Source: Chiloscyllium plagiosum
Taxonomy: Eukaryota
DNA: 64,000 nt
Assembly: GCF_004010195.1 (NCBI RefSeq)
Contig: NC_057718.1
Location: forward strand, 8,207,552 to 8,271,551
Direction: 5' to 3'
In this document: one piece after another, positions 46,701-60,478 of the stretch
Numbering within the stretch: position 1 is the first letter of the stretch
How the letters are laid out: the number at the start of each line of letters is the position of its first letter
Made by a program: the position numbers and the translations under genes
The notes under the pieces: model-generated
Told to the model about the DNA's origin: nothing
The model's database searches: none
The model's input: the letters and a program-made list of their open reading frames with translations, nothing else

Positions 46701-49320
46701 NNNNNNNNNNNNNNNNNNNNNNNNNNNNNNNNNNNNNNNNNNNNNNNNNNNNNNNNNNNNNNNNNNNNNNNNNNNNNNNNNNNNNNNNNNNNNNNNNNNN
46801 NNNNNNNNNNNNNNNNNNNNNNNNNNNNNNNNNNNNNNNNNNNNNNNNNNNNNNNNNNNNNNNNNNNNNNNNNNNNNNNNNNNNNNTCTCTTTTATATCT
46901 TTCCCCTCTCACCCTGAACCTATGCCCTCTAGTTCTGGACTCCCCGATCCTAGGGAAAAGACTTTGTCTATTTATCCTATCCATGCCCCTCATAATTTTG
47001 TAAACCTCTATAAGGTCACCCCTCAGCCTCTGACACTCCAGGGAAGATAGCCAGCCCCAGCCTATTCAGCCTCTCCCTATAGCTCAAACCCTGGCAACAT
47101 CCTTGTAAATCTTTTCTGAACCCTTTCAAGTTTCACAACATCTTCCGATAGGAAGGAGACCAGAATTACATGCAATATTCCAAAAGTGGCCTAACCAATG
47201 TCCTGTATATCCGCAACATGACCTCCCAACAACTCTTATCTCCTCAAAGAAATTCCAGCAGATTTGTCAGGCATGACCTCCCCTTGATGAAACCATGCTG
47301 ACTTTGCCCTGTTTTACCATACACTTACAAGTATTCAGAAATCTCATCCTTCATAATGGATTCCAGGATCTTACCCACAATCAAAGTGAGGCTAATCAGT
47401 CTATAGCTTTTAGTGTTTTTCCCTACTCCCTTTTCAAACAGGGGTGTCATATTAAGTGATTTTCCAGTCCTCTGGGACCTTCCCTGATTCTAGTGATTCC
47501 TGATGGATCCTGATAACGCCTCCACTCTTCTTCAACTATCTCCCTTAGAACTCTGGGGTGTAGTCTATTTGGTCCAGGTGATTTAACAATCTTTAGGCCC
47601 TTCAGTTTTTCTAGCACCTTCTCCTTGGTGGTGGCCACATATTCTGCTTTATCCCCTCACTCTTTTTAATTTTTGGGATATTACGTGTGTCTTCCACCAT
47701 GAATATTGACTCAAAGTAATTATTCAGTTCCTCATCCAGTTCCTTGTTCACCACTATTATCTCTCCATCATCATTTTCCAGTGGCCCAATGCCCACTTTT
47801 GCCTCTCTTTTGCCCTTTATATTGCACTAAACAAATTCTTACAGTTTTCCTTTGTATTATTGGCTAGCTTACCCTCTTATTTAATCTTCTCCCTCTTTTT
47901 TGTTGCCTCTGTTGGTCTTTGCAAGCTTTCTAATCCTCTGGTTTCCCACTGCCCTTCGCCGTATTATGCATTTTCTCTTTTGCTTTTATGCTATCCCTGA
48001 CTTCTGTAGTCAGCCATTATTGCCTCGACCTTCCTGTACCATGCTTCTTTTTTGTCAGGATGAATCACTGCTGTGTCTCCTGAATTACTCCCAGAAACTC
48101 CTGCCATTGCTGTTCTACTGTATTTCCTGCCAGGCTCCTCTCCCAGTCAATTCTATACGGCTCCTCCATCATGCCTCTGTAGTTGCCTTTATTCAGCTGT
48201 AATACTGTTACCTCTGATTCTATCTTCTCCCTCTCAAATTGCAGAAGTAAATTCAATCATATTATGATCACTGCCTCCTAAGGATTCCTTCACCTTAAGG
48301 TCCCTTACTGAATCTGCTTCATTGCACAGCACTAAATCCAGTATTGTCTGTTCCCCAGTGGGTTCCATCACAAGCTGCTCCAAAAAGCCATCTCGTGGAC
48401 ATTCAACAAATTCCTTTTCTTGCAATTCACTACCAACTTGATTTTCCCAGTCCACCTGCATATTGAAATCCCCCATGATCACTGTAACTTTGCCTTTCCT
48501 ACACATCTTTTCTATCTCGTGTGTCTTGCGCCACAGCTCCAGACTACTATTTGGAGGCCTTTACATAACTCCAGCTACGGTTTAATTTACCTTTGCGGTT
48601 CATCAATTCTACCCACACAGATCCTACAGCATCTGACCCTACTTCGTTTCTTACTATTGATTTAATTTCAAGGTTACCCATCAACCTTCTACGTGCTCGT
48701 GAAAGAAGTCTCAGCCTGTCCAGCCTCTCCTTATAACTCAGACCATCTATTCCCAGCAACATCCTGGCAAATCTCTTTTGAACCCTCTCCTGTTTAATAA
48801 CAGCGTTTCTATTACAGGGTGAGCAGAAGTGGGCACAGTACACCAGAAGAGACCTCACTAAAGTCCTGTACAACCTCATCATGACGCCCCAACCCCTCTA
48901 CTCAAAGGTCTGAGCAATGAAGGCAAGCGTGCTGAACGATTTTTTAACCACCTTGTTTGCATGTGACGCAAACTTCAAACAATTATGTATCTGAAACCCT
49001 AGGTCTGTATATTTTACAACATTACTCTAGGCCAGACTTTTAACTGTATAAATCCTGACCTTGGGCTCATGCCCGAAACGTCGATTCTCCTGTTCCTTGG
49101 ATGTTGCCTGACCTGCTGCGCTTTTCCAGCAACACATTTTCAGCTCTGATCTCCAGCATCTGCAGTCCTCACCTTCTCCTTTTTTTTCAAAACCAAAATG
49201 CAATACCTCACATTTATCCAAATTAAACTCAATCTGTCATTTGTCAGCCCATTGACCCAATTGATCAATACCTTTTTGTAGTCTTAGTTATCTTAGATAA
49301 CCTCCTTCACTGTCCAGTAT
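43779..49320. mobile_element. Nested CR1/SINE cluster
   Basis: HER1 tail (-) 43779-44130; long CR1 (-) 44130-45270 continuing at 47230-48670 (RT to APE); HER1 tail (-) about 45272-45340; CR1 (+) 45340-46150; HE1 tail (-) 46152-46297; HER1 (-) 46887-47230; CR1 (-) 48670-49320 containing a family A half-element at about 49062-49180. Confidence 0.85.
46298..46886. other. Assembly gap (589 N)
   Basis: Run of N, flanked by an HE1 SINE and a HER1 fragment. Confidence 0.99.
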
Positions 49321-52300
49321 CATGAGTAAATTCTCCACTCATATGAAAAACTAGCATTAGCAATTAAAAATAAAATCAATATAAACATTGGGGATGCACA
49401 GAAGGGAAAAGCAAAAAGATAATATTTCTCGTCTAATTCATTTAGTGGATACTGATAACCTTAGATTGTTCAGCTGTGGGATTACTCTTTCCTTTCCTTT
49501 TATATTGTCATACTCCATTTGGGACAACGTGCTGATACTTGAGTTCTGCAACTCCCAGAGTTGTCACAAGTGTTAAAGATTTAATCAAATTACTTAATGT
49601 CTCCAATTTATCTGTTTGATGAACTCAGGTAAACAAAAAAAAACTGATTAGGTTTCTGTACTTAAGAAGAAACTACTACTTATTATAAAGAGATCAATTC
49701 TAGCTACAAGAAAACAAAATCTGAATTATCAACTTATAGCTCTGCTAGCTTAAGTTCTATCTCTTCCTAAACCTCAAAATACATGCAGGCTGACAGAGAA
49801 ATAAACATACAACGTTGTCAAGGCAAAGGGAATATTGGAGACTGACAGGTCAGGAGCACCAGCCTGTGGGAATTGGTGAATAATCAAAAAGAGTATTAGT
49901 CTTTTCTGCTTCTTCCAAGTCCCTTTGATCTCTATTTCCAGATCCTATTAGTTGTTCTCTGAAGACACAAGGTGATTGACATGTTAATTGATCAGCTTTT
50001 CAGTTGCTGATTAGAGGCAAAGAGTTAATAGAAAATGGTGGGAGTGAATAACTAGCTATGCTTCATTTTCACCATGTCACTGCAGAGAGGGGGGGAGAAA
50101 CAGAAACACACTGTTTTACAGTCTGAAGGCTTCTGAAGGCTATTGAACACACACAAGCTGTTCATCTGCCCAGAAGCCAGAGAATTATTCTCATGCTGAT
50201 GACTCCTGATCCACAAAACTGGGTTGTGACTGCACAAACCTGTCAGCAATCTGTCTCCAGGCAAATCTTGTTCTGCGCACAAATCCACGTGCATCATATG
50301 TCATCGTCACTGCTTGAACAAAGCAACAGTGTAAACACAATTCACATCAAGTTCCAGTAACTTGTTTTTAAAACTGTTTATTGTATAGAGTCATACAGCA
50401 CAGAAACAGACCCTTTGGTCCAACCTGTCCATGTTGATCAAGTATTCTGAACTGATCTAGTCCCATTTGCCTGCAATTGACCCATATCACTCTAAACCTT
50501 TCCTACGATCCTTCTTCCATTTTTGTCCACAATCCAAAATAAAGAATAAAAAACTATGATCTTCAAAAATGGGCAATACGGTACAGATTGCCATTAGAAC
50601 AAGAAAAAATAAACAATATTCTAAATCCAGATGTGAAATTCAAGTCAACAGCTTTTAGACACCTCAAATTGCTGACACTGCTCTTGAGAAACATTGGCCA
50701 AAACGTAACTCATGACAATAGTTACAATAACATTGCCCCTCCAAATAAACCAATGGGTATAGCACTTTGGCAAAAAAACAGAAATTGCTGGAAAATTTCA
50801 GCAGGACTGGCAGCATCTGTGGAGAGAAAGCAGATTTAGCATTTCGGTTCCAGTGATCCATCTTCAGAATGACATTTCCTTCTTTCAGTTTCTTTGGCAC
50901 CTAGATTTAGTACAAAGTTAAACTGCTGTAGAAACCAGATGCAACTTAAATTAAGGCACACTGCTTAATCTGTACTAACAACACACCATAAAGCCCAATA
51001 TGAATGATACCTGTGGTGGACAGAGTGTGTTGTCTGAAGAGTTGGTGGTGAAAGCAGATTCAACAGTAACTTTTAAAAGCAAATTTTTAAAAACAAACAA
51101 TTCATTCACAGCATGAGGATATTGCTAGTTATGCCTATCACTAATTGCCCAGAGGACAATTAAGAGTCAACCACATTGCTGAGGGTCTGTAGTCACCTGT
51201 AGGGACAGATTAGGTAAGGATGGAAGGTATCTCCCCAAAATGTCATTCATCAATGAGATGTTTTTTTTCCCCTACCAATGGACTCATGGTCATCATTAGA
51301 ATTTTAATATCAGGTTAATGCCCAGAAATAATACCATTCGGCTGTTGCTTCCGCAGCCTCTAATTGGACATGGAACTGAAAATATTTATTTTCCAGGACT
51401 ATGGAAGATGAAACGAGTGAGTCTAACTGAGTATCCCTTTAAAACAGTTGGCACGGCAATGGTGTCTCATATGGCTTCCTTCTGTGATGTATGATAATAT
51501 GGTACATCTGTGACTGCCTGCTACAGCTAAGATTACAGCACCAAATAAGCTTGAACGATTGAGGTTTCGGAGACACCTAACTGTGAAATTCTGACAAAAG
51601 TGTTGCTTAGAAGTTATCAGGTTTCAGGAGGTGCTCCGAAGGTTTTCCCACAAAAATTTCCAAACAAGTAAACGAAGCACATGGAATACATGCTTATAAG
51701 TGAGGTTTTATAGCACTACTTATGCTCTGTTTCAACATGGACCTTTCTCCCATTCCATTCTACTTACTCATTAGTTCCCTCCGCTTGCTAATGGAAAAAG
51801 AACGAGACTTACAGGCTATGCTTTCAAACAATAGAGTTCTTGTAATGGCCATGAAAGTGAAAAAGAATCAAAAAGAATCTTACAAACATCTTCCAAAGTT
51901 GGCTTATTTGAATTTGATATTCTGCTCTGCACTGCACAAACGTTGCAGCTAACCTCTTTCTTAAGCTTACACTGTTTAAACAATATGCCAAAGTCAATAA
52001 TTCAAGTGACAAAAGCATCAGCAAAGTCTTCAATGTATTTTTTTATCAGCTCTGCTGGACATCAATAGATGTTGCCAGTCAACATCCACCACTGCAGTCA
52101 ACAGTTTCAACAATGCAAGTCATTCCTACAATAATTGTGAAAGAAAAAGATAAGGCAGATATCCATTAATACAGAATTTAACAATTTCAAAATCCCAAAA
52201 CATTTTACAACCAAAGGAGTATTTTGAAGAGTGGTCACTATTGAAACATACATATTGGCAGCCAGTTTAGAACAAAGCAAGCTCCCACAAACAATGTGAT

Positions 52301-52388
52301 AATGAGTAGATGATCTGTTTTTATGATATTGGTTAGGATGCCAACGAGAATTTCCTGTTCCTCTTCCTATTATAACATTAACTACCCT

Positions 52389-52683
52389 TTAGATTACTTA
52401 CAGTGTGGAAACAAGCCCTTCGGCCCAACAAGTCCACACCAACCCGCCGAAGCGCAACCGACCCAGACCCCAATACCCTACATTTACCCCTTCACCTAAC
52501 ACTACGGGCAATTTAGCATTGCCAATTCACCTAACCTGCACATTTTTGGACTGTAGGAGGAAACCGGAGCACCCGGAGGAAACCCACGCAGACACGGGGA
52601 GAATGTACAAACTTCACACAGTCGCCTGAGGCAGGAATTGAACCCGGGTCTCTGACGCTGTTTGCTAAACACTGTGCCACCGT
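52389..52683 (-). mobile_element. HE1-like V-SINE
   Basis: Same head, B box (ggaattgaaccc on plus), V domain and tail as 41479-41793. Confidence 0.9.
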
Positions 52684-53064
52684 GGTCTTGTCTAAGCCAG
52701 AGAACCTGCTCGTCCATCAAATGCCAGGTTTAGTGCCAAGTGCTGATGAAATCGTGAGTGCAGTTCTATGCAGTGTCAATCATGACCAACAGCAATTAAT
52801 TTCACCTTCAAACTTTGTAGGAGTGGGAGCAGAAAGACCCAAGTTCCAGAGGTTAAATAACTCTACTGCATTTACTCACTGGGCCGAAAAATATCACAAC
52901 CAAGATTTAAAGCTATGATCTGTATAAATATGGTAATACTGGAGTATTCAAGTATTATTAGTAATTTGAGTGCTTTGTTTTTAAATCAGCAACATTTGGC
53001 TAATGAAGAAATATTTTTAAACCAAAAGTGCAATAACAATGCATGCTGGAAGAAATGCATCGTT

Positions 53065-53405
53065 TGACTCCATGGTTAGCGCACTCACCTGTGTTAGTGA
53101 ACTTAAATTATTATTAGAACCTTCAGCCTGTAATCCAAACTGAAATTCTCTGCTCTACACTAAGCAAAGCTCTCCAAAGTGACTGTAGAAGATCCTGAAG
53201 CAGACTTTTTAAGAATTGTAGATGAATTCTCCCTAGTGTTCAAGCCAACAATTAATTATCCTTTGAAACACAGGTTATTTAGTCATTGATACACTGGTAT
53301 AGGTGATTGCTTGCTTACCACAGCAACCACACTTCAAGTGTAGCTGTCAATGTGCTGCTACATTTCCTGAAGTCATGAAAGGCACCACATAAATGCAAGT
53401 CTTTC
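53065..53405 (+). mobile_element. Deu-domain-type SINE remnant
   Basis: gaattctccctagtgttcaagccaac...cctgaagtcatgaaaggcaccacataaatgcaagtc tail. Confidence 0.55.
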
Positions 53406-53714
53406 TTTATTTCAATGCCCTAAGTTACTTGGCACATTAGCCTAGCAAAGCCAATAATGCTGGGGATTCTGTTTCAACTGTTTGCAATGCAGCTCAATGA
53501 AGGTGCTCCAACAATATTTTCACTTGCTTGAAGATACTGAAATATCAGCAGAAGAATGATTGCGGTTCACTTTTGAAGCCAGCCTCATTGAAAAACTGGA
53601 ACTTTCTCCTCCCATCAGAATCCAGAAAAATGCTGAACATGCAGATGTTCAATACACTTAGTAAGCGCCATCAAATGAAGCATAAGCTCTGAACAAACAG
53701 AATTATAGACATCA

Positions 53715-53930
53715 AAACAAAAGCTGAGTACTGCGGTTGCTGGAAATCTAAAATCAAACCAGTAATTACTGTAAACTCAACAAACATCTGTGTACAGAAA
53801 AATGAAGTGCATATTTCAGGTTGTTGGAACAGTTTTGGCAAAAGGTCATCAACTTGAAACATGAACTCATTTTTTTTCCCTTCCTTGAAGATGCCTGATC
53901 CCATTCAGCATCTTTTATTTTGCAGTTTTC
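53715..53930. mobile_element. Highly degraded palindromic mini-element
   Basis: aaaagctgagtactgcggttgctggaaatcta...atttcaggtt...aaaggtcatcaacttgaaacatgaactc...gatgcctg. Confidence 0.5.
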
Positions 53931-54590
53931 AATTACAGACACATAACTTTCAAGTTTGCTGCTGGGCCCCAATTCTGATCAAAAATGGATGCCACAGATT
54001 TGCTTTCTTGCGGGGAAAAATATGCTGTTAAAAAAAAAACTGAGAAAGGCCAATATTACAAAAACTTGCAAGCCACCCATCTAAATGTCCCTAATGATCT
54101 GTGGAAAATACTCTAGAAAGCTCTTTAATTTGTTGTTTACACTGCCTGCCTAATTTAGCTACTTCCTGTCTTATCATTCCTAACAATTTCGGAAGCCTGA
54201 AGCCATACAAGAGGATGACCTCAGAAATGATGTACAAGAGGCCAGCAAGTAAACTACTAGGACGCAGTCTTCTGCTTCAAGTAATGTGGTCACTCCTCCC
54301 CTGAGATACCACTCAACCTTGAAAGTTCACAGTGTCAGTAATAGAACCGTCATTTTACTCCAATGCAATAATTTGTCCATATACACAATTTGAACATTTT
54401 TAACGTTGAGCAGCAACATTCAGCAGATGTTTGTGCACCAGACTTCAGCACAGGTCCAGTTCACTTTGTTTTGTTCTAAATGAATTTTGGACAGAAGGGG
54501 CAATTCCTATTTCTGCAATTGCACATTTACATTCTGGCTGGATGCTGTTAGGCCCCCATTTGTATTGAAGTACCAAAAGTTAATACTTAC

Positions 54591-54702
54591 CAAATAATTC
54601 GTCTTCCATCCCTACGGGACCAGACTGGGGGGTTTCGCCATTTTTCAAGCAGTTGTGGATATATGCTGCCTTCCATTTTGCATATTTCCTGTGTTGAACA
54701 TT
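54591..54702 (-). CDS. VTA1: VTA1 internal coding exon (end of second MIT domain; likely orthologous to human exon 5)
   Basis: Acceptor ...ctgtgcTAG and donor G|GTAAGT. 112 nt encoding NVQHRKYAKWKAAYIHNCLKNGETPQSGPVGMEDELF, matching recalled vertebrate VTA1 (RKYARWKATYIHNCLKNGETPQAGP). Phase 0 to 1. Confidence 0.96.
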
Positions 54703-56880
54703 CTAGCACAGAAGGCAAAAGAATAATAAAATCAATCATGGTGCACAGTAAAAGGAAAAAAAATGGACTCCATTAAAATTATCAGTTACTGTAAAAAAAA
54801 AGTAACAAGACTTGTCATTAACAGCTGGCTCCTAATGACATACATTTACTGAACTGATCTTTAAAGTGAGCATTAATTTTTGTTCAAATTTTAGGATGAA
54901 TATTGTACATGCAACTGCCAGTAAAAAAAACCTGTGACATGATGTTATTCATGCATCAACAGACCAGGATTTACTATGCAGCAGACAATTATTTAATGGG
55001 TTAGACACTTTATGACCTATTTGCCCTTCCATTAGACCAAAAGTAAACAGGCTCAAACATTTGAACAAGCATTGCACTCAGAACAAATCTTTCAATTGTT
55101 TATTTTAAATGGCAATACTGGGTCATAAGATGCACATACACTGAAAAACACAACATTGGATTTGGGCAGGCAAAGAAACTGGAGAGTTTAATTGTCTACA
55201 GGAAAATTAACATTAATATGGCACTCTTAACATAAGAAGATATCCCAAAGTTCCTTATTGCTGAAAGAAAATTAGACATTTACAAATAATTTATTGAAAC
55301 TGAAGTAATTTTGCTTGAGATTGGTAACAGCAACAGCCTGTTTTGATCACTACAGCAGGTTTCCCAGATTTAGTAGAAGATGCCAGGATTAAATGAACTG
55401 CTACAAGGTCATAGAGTACAGCATGGTAACAGACCCTTCAGCCCAACTCGTCCATGCTGACCAGATATCCTAAGCTGTATCCCCAGCTTGAGATAAAACC
55501 AAAGTTCTTTTTCTATAGCAGAAATAATGATTGGTTGCTACATCAATGCCAATTTTTCTCTCAAGACTTTAGTCATACGCCACTGAGCATGTTCAATGCC
55601 ATCACTTGAGTGTTGGGTAAGCTGAGACAGCAGATAATAGTTAGAAATCAGCTGAGATAAATGGATGATGAGAACATTTTCAGTGCCAATTCTAGAATAA
55701 GATTCTGATAGAAGTTTGGATCAATAAAGGTGGCAAAGTTACAATAATGGAGGCAGTAAGTCTGTAATGGAAAATACAAGGATAGAAGCTCAGTTTGACA
55801 GGACACCATTACTGCAAAAAGTCTGATTCAACCAGAGAAGCTGGTTAGGGAAAGAGATGGAATCAATGAGAAGGGTAAGTAGCTTTGGGATGAAAAGAAA
55901 CAAACTAATAACTTCAGTGGAAATATAGGAGAGTAAGAATAGAAACCAAACATAGCAATAGTCACAGTGTAATAAAGATTTCAAAATGGAGAGCTCAACC
56001 AGAGAACTGGTGGTTCAAAAACTATACAAGTATGCTACATTGGGGTCCATTGTTGATACAGTGGCCAGGTTATCCATCCATTCACAGAAAATCCTATAAT
56101 ATAAATCAATGAGTTTTAACCTGGGAAGGAACTGCCTGAGCTTTTCAAAAGTACATAACGGGAATGACCTCAACAATGTACTAAGCAGCCGCCTGCATCT
56201 CTCTACATTTTCCATTTGTCTTTCCAAAATACATAATGGCCTGAATTGGCAAACGTACAGTGCTAGCCAGCCAATCATTCCACACATTCATTTCACTTGC
56301 CCATGGGCTTTCATACGAGAACTAGCAGTGATTTGAAATACACTTGGTGTGATATGATTCTGTCATTTCTATTTCTGGGGAAACAAGGCATGTAAAACAG
56401 CATTTCCCTAATGTATGCATCTAACTGCACACATGCTTCCCAGTTTTCTCATAATGAAGTGAGTGCTAATTGCTTCACTACAATCTTTACCCTTAAAATC
56501 CAAGCCAACTGTTTAAAAGATAGCAAAATTATTTTCAATATAAGCCAGGGAGCCCACTTTACCTAGCTTTTATTTTTAAGAGTAAAGACGGTTTAAGATA
56601 GTCTTTTAATAATCATGCATTTAGTTTTGTTCTCACAGTTGACATCAGTTGATCAGTTCATTCCCAGAGTGAAACATAGCAAAGTGGGAACAAGCTAATC
56701 ATTGGAAGGTAAGTATTCAGGAATTATCATCATCTTTGATACACAAGTTTCATTCTCCTGTGCTGAACAGCATTCAAGGGAGTTTGCTGCTTTGAACGCA
56801 GTGTGGCCAATAACACCATTACCTTAAACACATTAATGGTTGCCCACCTCTTTAGAATTGTTAAAGCAATGAAAGCTTTG

Positions 56881-57950
56881 TTGAGTTGGGCAGATTCCTA
56901 GGAAATCACAACAGGAACCTAAATATCTCCATATGCTACAATTTTACCCTTGGGAAGTGATACAAGACAGAACCATTTCCCTTCCAAATTAAAGTATTTA
57001 CAAAGAAAGAATTAATTGTGCCTTGATACACTTGGACATCAGGGATGGTGTTAAATGACAATTTTTAGTATATCAATCATACATGGTGTCCCATGAAGGA
57101 ATTTTGATGGCAGAACGCCAATTTCTTGCCCTGAACTTTATGGTCCTGCTTAAGGAAATTGCCAGGGTGACATGCAATGATGGCACAGATTTCGACATCT
57201 GAATGGTCACCCAACGGGATAAAATGTGAACAGTTCAAGTGGTTCAAATGTTAGCTTAGAATGTTCCAAAGAAATGAATGGTTTCTACTGTTCAGCAGCA
57301 TGCACAGTGCTTTTCACACTTCCTGTTCCATTTCATTGTATATGCTTTGCACAAATCCTTCAAATTGACAAAAACAGAAGAAAAATAGTTGAGAAATGCT
57401 GCTTTTCCTCATTGTTCACATCTAGTTTCTCAACTGCGTACTTGAATTTGTACTGTCAGCCACATCTGCAACTCAAAGTGGTATAATGGAACACTATAAA
57501 TATAAGACCATAAGATACAGGAACAGATTCAGCCCATCTAGTCTGCTCCACCATTCAGAACATCTTCACTACGCCACCTCAGAGTGAAGAGAAGACCCTC
57601 AAAAGTGAGATGAGCAGAAATTTCTTCAGCCACAGTGTGGTTAATCTGTGGAACTCATTGCTGCAGAAGGCTGTGAACGCCTAGTCATTCGATATACTTA
57701 AGACAAAGATAGATAGGCTTTGAGTTGGGCAAATTGCAAGGAAATCAAAACAGGAACCTAAATATTTACATACTCTACAATTTCACCCTTGGGAAGTGAC
57801 ACATGACAGAAGCATTTCCCTTCCAGATGAGATTTACATAGAATAGCTTGTAAGTTTATTTAAAAAGACAGAATTAACTACACCCTGATAAACTGGTACA
57901 GAGATGGTGTTAAGTGGCACCTTTTAATATATTAATCATACATTTACCAT
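56881..57950 (+). repeat. Diverged local direct duplication of about 210 bp (56881-57090 and 57720-57950)
   Basis: Both copies start ttgagttgggca...ggaaatca.aacaggaacctaaatat...cccttgggaagtga...catttcccttcca and end gatggtgttaa...aatcatacat. Confidence 0.85.
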
Positions 57951-58164
57951 GGGACTAGAACTGCATCTTCCCAATCAAAAGGTTTAATACATGACTTATT
58001 ACTGGCAAACTACTGCATTCTCATAACAAATCACAGTGACCCATAAAGTGATCACACTGCCAATTCTCTAAATCCAAAATCCTTGCTAAAAACATGTAAT
58101 TTCGGCCCAGACAATCAGATCAACCAACCATCAACAGTTTTTCATCATAAAATATTAAGTTTCT

Positions 58165-58930
58165 TCTATTCATTCGTGAGATGTGGGCTGCACTGGTTGG
58201 GTCAGAATTTATCGTCCACCCCTGATAGGTATCTATACCTTCTTAAATGCTGCAGTTTATGTGGTATAGATATAGTGTTGCTAGGGAGAGAGCTCCAGGA
58301 TTCTGATTCTGATTCAGTGACACTGAAGAAATGGCAATAAATTTCCAAGTTAGGGTGGTGAGTTGCTTGGAGGGGAACTTACAGTTGCTGTGTTGACATG
58401 TATTGGCTGCTCTGGTCCTTCTAGAGGGTTTGGAAAGTTCTGTCTAAGGAGCCTTAAAGAATTTTTTTATTCTCTCATGGGATGTGGGTGTTGCTGAATG
58501 CCCAGCATTTAATGTCTGCCTCTAGTTGCCCTTGTGGTGGTGGTGAGCTGCCTTCTTAAACTGCAGTCCTTGTGCTGTAGGCATAAAATATTATTAAGGA
58601 AGGAGTTCCAGTGACTGCGAAGGAACAGGGGTATATTTCCATGTCAGGTTGGTGAGTGGCTTGGAGGGAAATTTGCAGGTGGAGGTTCAATCATGTATTT
58701 GCTGCCCTTGTCCTTCAAGATGCAAGTGAAAGATGCTATCTAAGAATCTTGAGCACATTTCTGCAGTGCATCTTGTAGATAATACACACTGCTGTTACTG
58801 AGTGTCTGTGGAGGAGTGAGTGGATCCTTGTGGATGTGGTGCCAATCAAGTGGGCTGCTTTACTCTGGGTGGCATCAAACTTCTGAGTATTGTTGGAGTT
58901 GCACTCATTTGCAGTGTACCTTTGTAGATG
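58165..58930 (-). mobile_element. Two tandem 3' fragments of the CR1-like family seen at 32-34 kb
   Basis: Tails attcattcgtgagatgtgggc and attctctcatgggatgtgggtgttgctg. ORF 58736-58990 (FDATQSKAAHLIG...IYKMHC). Confidence 0.75.
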
Positions 58931-59339
58931 GTGCAAATTGATGCTCCAGTGCAGCAGGATCCTCGAGTCTTTACTACAATTAGTGCTCAATTATTTCTTG
59001 AAGAAACCAAATGTTTGGTGAGAACACTCATAGCGTAGGTACAACGGGCTGTGTGGTCTCCATATTTGATGCAGCAATCTTTAATTCAAACAGTGGCTGG
59101 AAAGGCTTTTTCAGCAGCACCTTGCAAACCTATAAAGCTTCCTCACCTGAAAGGAAAGGTACATGGGAACAGCAACACATCCAAGTCACAGACTATCCTG
59201 TCATGGACGCAACAATTTTATCATCACAAGGTTAAAGGTCTGAAACTCCCTACCTAATAGAATATTGGGAGTATCTTTATCCCACAGGCTACAGCAATTC
59301 AAGGCACAAGAAGCTTAGATAACTGCTGTGCTATCAATA

Positions 59340-59700
59340 ATTTATAAAAGTTGCACAAAGTAGGAAATTAAGTTTGGAAAGTGATAAAGAGTCGGCAAAG
59401 GGATAGCAATAGGTTTAGTGAAGGGACAAAATCTCAGCAGTTGGAGTAAAATGTGAACTTGTCCACTTTGGCAGGACGAATATCAAAGCAATATATTAAT
59501 TAAATGGAGATGGATTAAAGAAATCGGAGGCACATATGTGCTTGGATATCTTGGTGTATGAATTGCAATATTTTAGAATGCAAGTGATTAGGAAAGCAAC
59601 TAGAATTATCAAGGGAACGGAAAATACAAGTAAGGATAGTTTGCTACAGTTGCAAAAGACACTGGCTGGACCATATCTACAGTGTTGTGTATAGTTTTAT
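59340..59700 (+). mobile_element. Old CR1 RT C-terminal remnant
   Basis: Decayed ..N..KCE..HFG, .LG.LV and LLQL.KTL..P.L..CV.F motifs. Confidence 0.6.
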
Positions 59701-60300
59701 GGCAGAAATTTCCCATTTTCAGTTGTTTTATCAAAGGAGATTTTTGATGTATCTGTCATGGTTCAGAATGATTTTTCTCATGCAACCTTCCACTCTAAAT
59801 TTAATTAATTAAGCAACCAGACTTCAGGCACCTTTCTTGAGAAATCGCCTAGCCAGAGATATGAAAGTGCTTCCTACAGTTGGGCCTTCATGCTGCTAGT
59901 GCCATATTAAAAGCGCAGCTGTACACCACTTCAGACTGCAAGCCAGGAACTGCCCCTCATACCGTGGCCTTGATTGTTATCACGGAGGACATTGCTCAAA
60001 GAAAACAAACTTAGAGGTCTTAGTGGACAGGACGGAAGAAAGAGCCCTGTTCTTTCTCCTGCACCAATCCATCAAACTAAGCCAACCTGATCCAAAAGTC
60101 AGCCCGGATTGGTGCTGTGTCCTGGGTGAAGAAGCAGGGAGAAGGTCAAATCCTCTCCAAGGGTAAGTACCACCATCTTCTCTCTGCTACCTCACACTCA
60201 CAGGGCCATTACTCACTCTAACTCTGCCATTACATGTGCCGTTCAACAAGACTCATGGATGACAACTCTCGCTACTGCATACATCATATCCACTCATGTA
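59700..60300 (+). mobile_element. Possible degraded PIF/Harbinger-type DNA transposon end
   Basis: Starts ggcagaaatttccc, with a TATA-like gccatattaaaagc, an LEVLVDRTEERALFF Myb/SANT-like remnant and a gtaagt donor. Weak. Confidence 0.3.
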
Positions 60301-60316
60301 AATGGCACACTTAAAG

Positions 60317-60478
60317 AGATGTGGAGGTGCTGGTGTTGGACTGGGATAGACAAAGTTAAAAATCACACAACACCAGGTTATAGTCCAGCAGGGTTAATTG
60401 AAAGTATTAGCTTTCAGAGCGCTGCTCCTTCATCGGGTAGCTAGACTAGCTGGTGTTGTGGTTTTTAATTTTGTACAT
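60317..60478. mobile_element. Palindromic mini-element, family C (right arm mostly deleted)
   Basis: ggtgttggactggg...aaagttaaaaatcacacaacacc...ctttcagagcgctgctccttcatc / ggtgttgtggtttttaattttgt. Confidence 0.8.

Noticed and set aside
46274..46993. 239-aa ORF
   Set aside because: Artefact of reading through the N gap.
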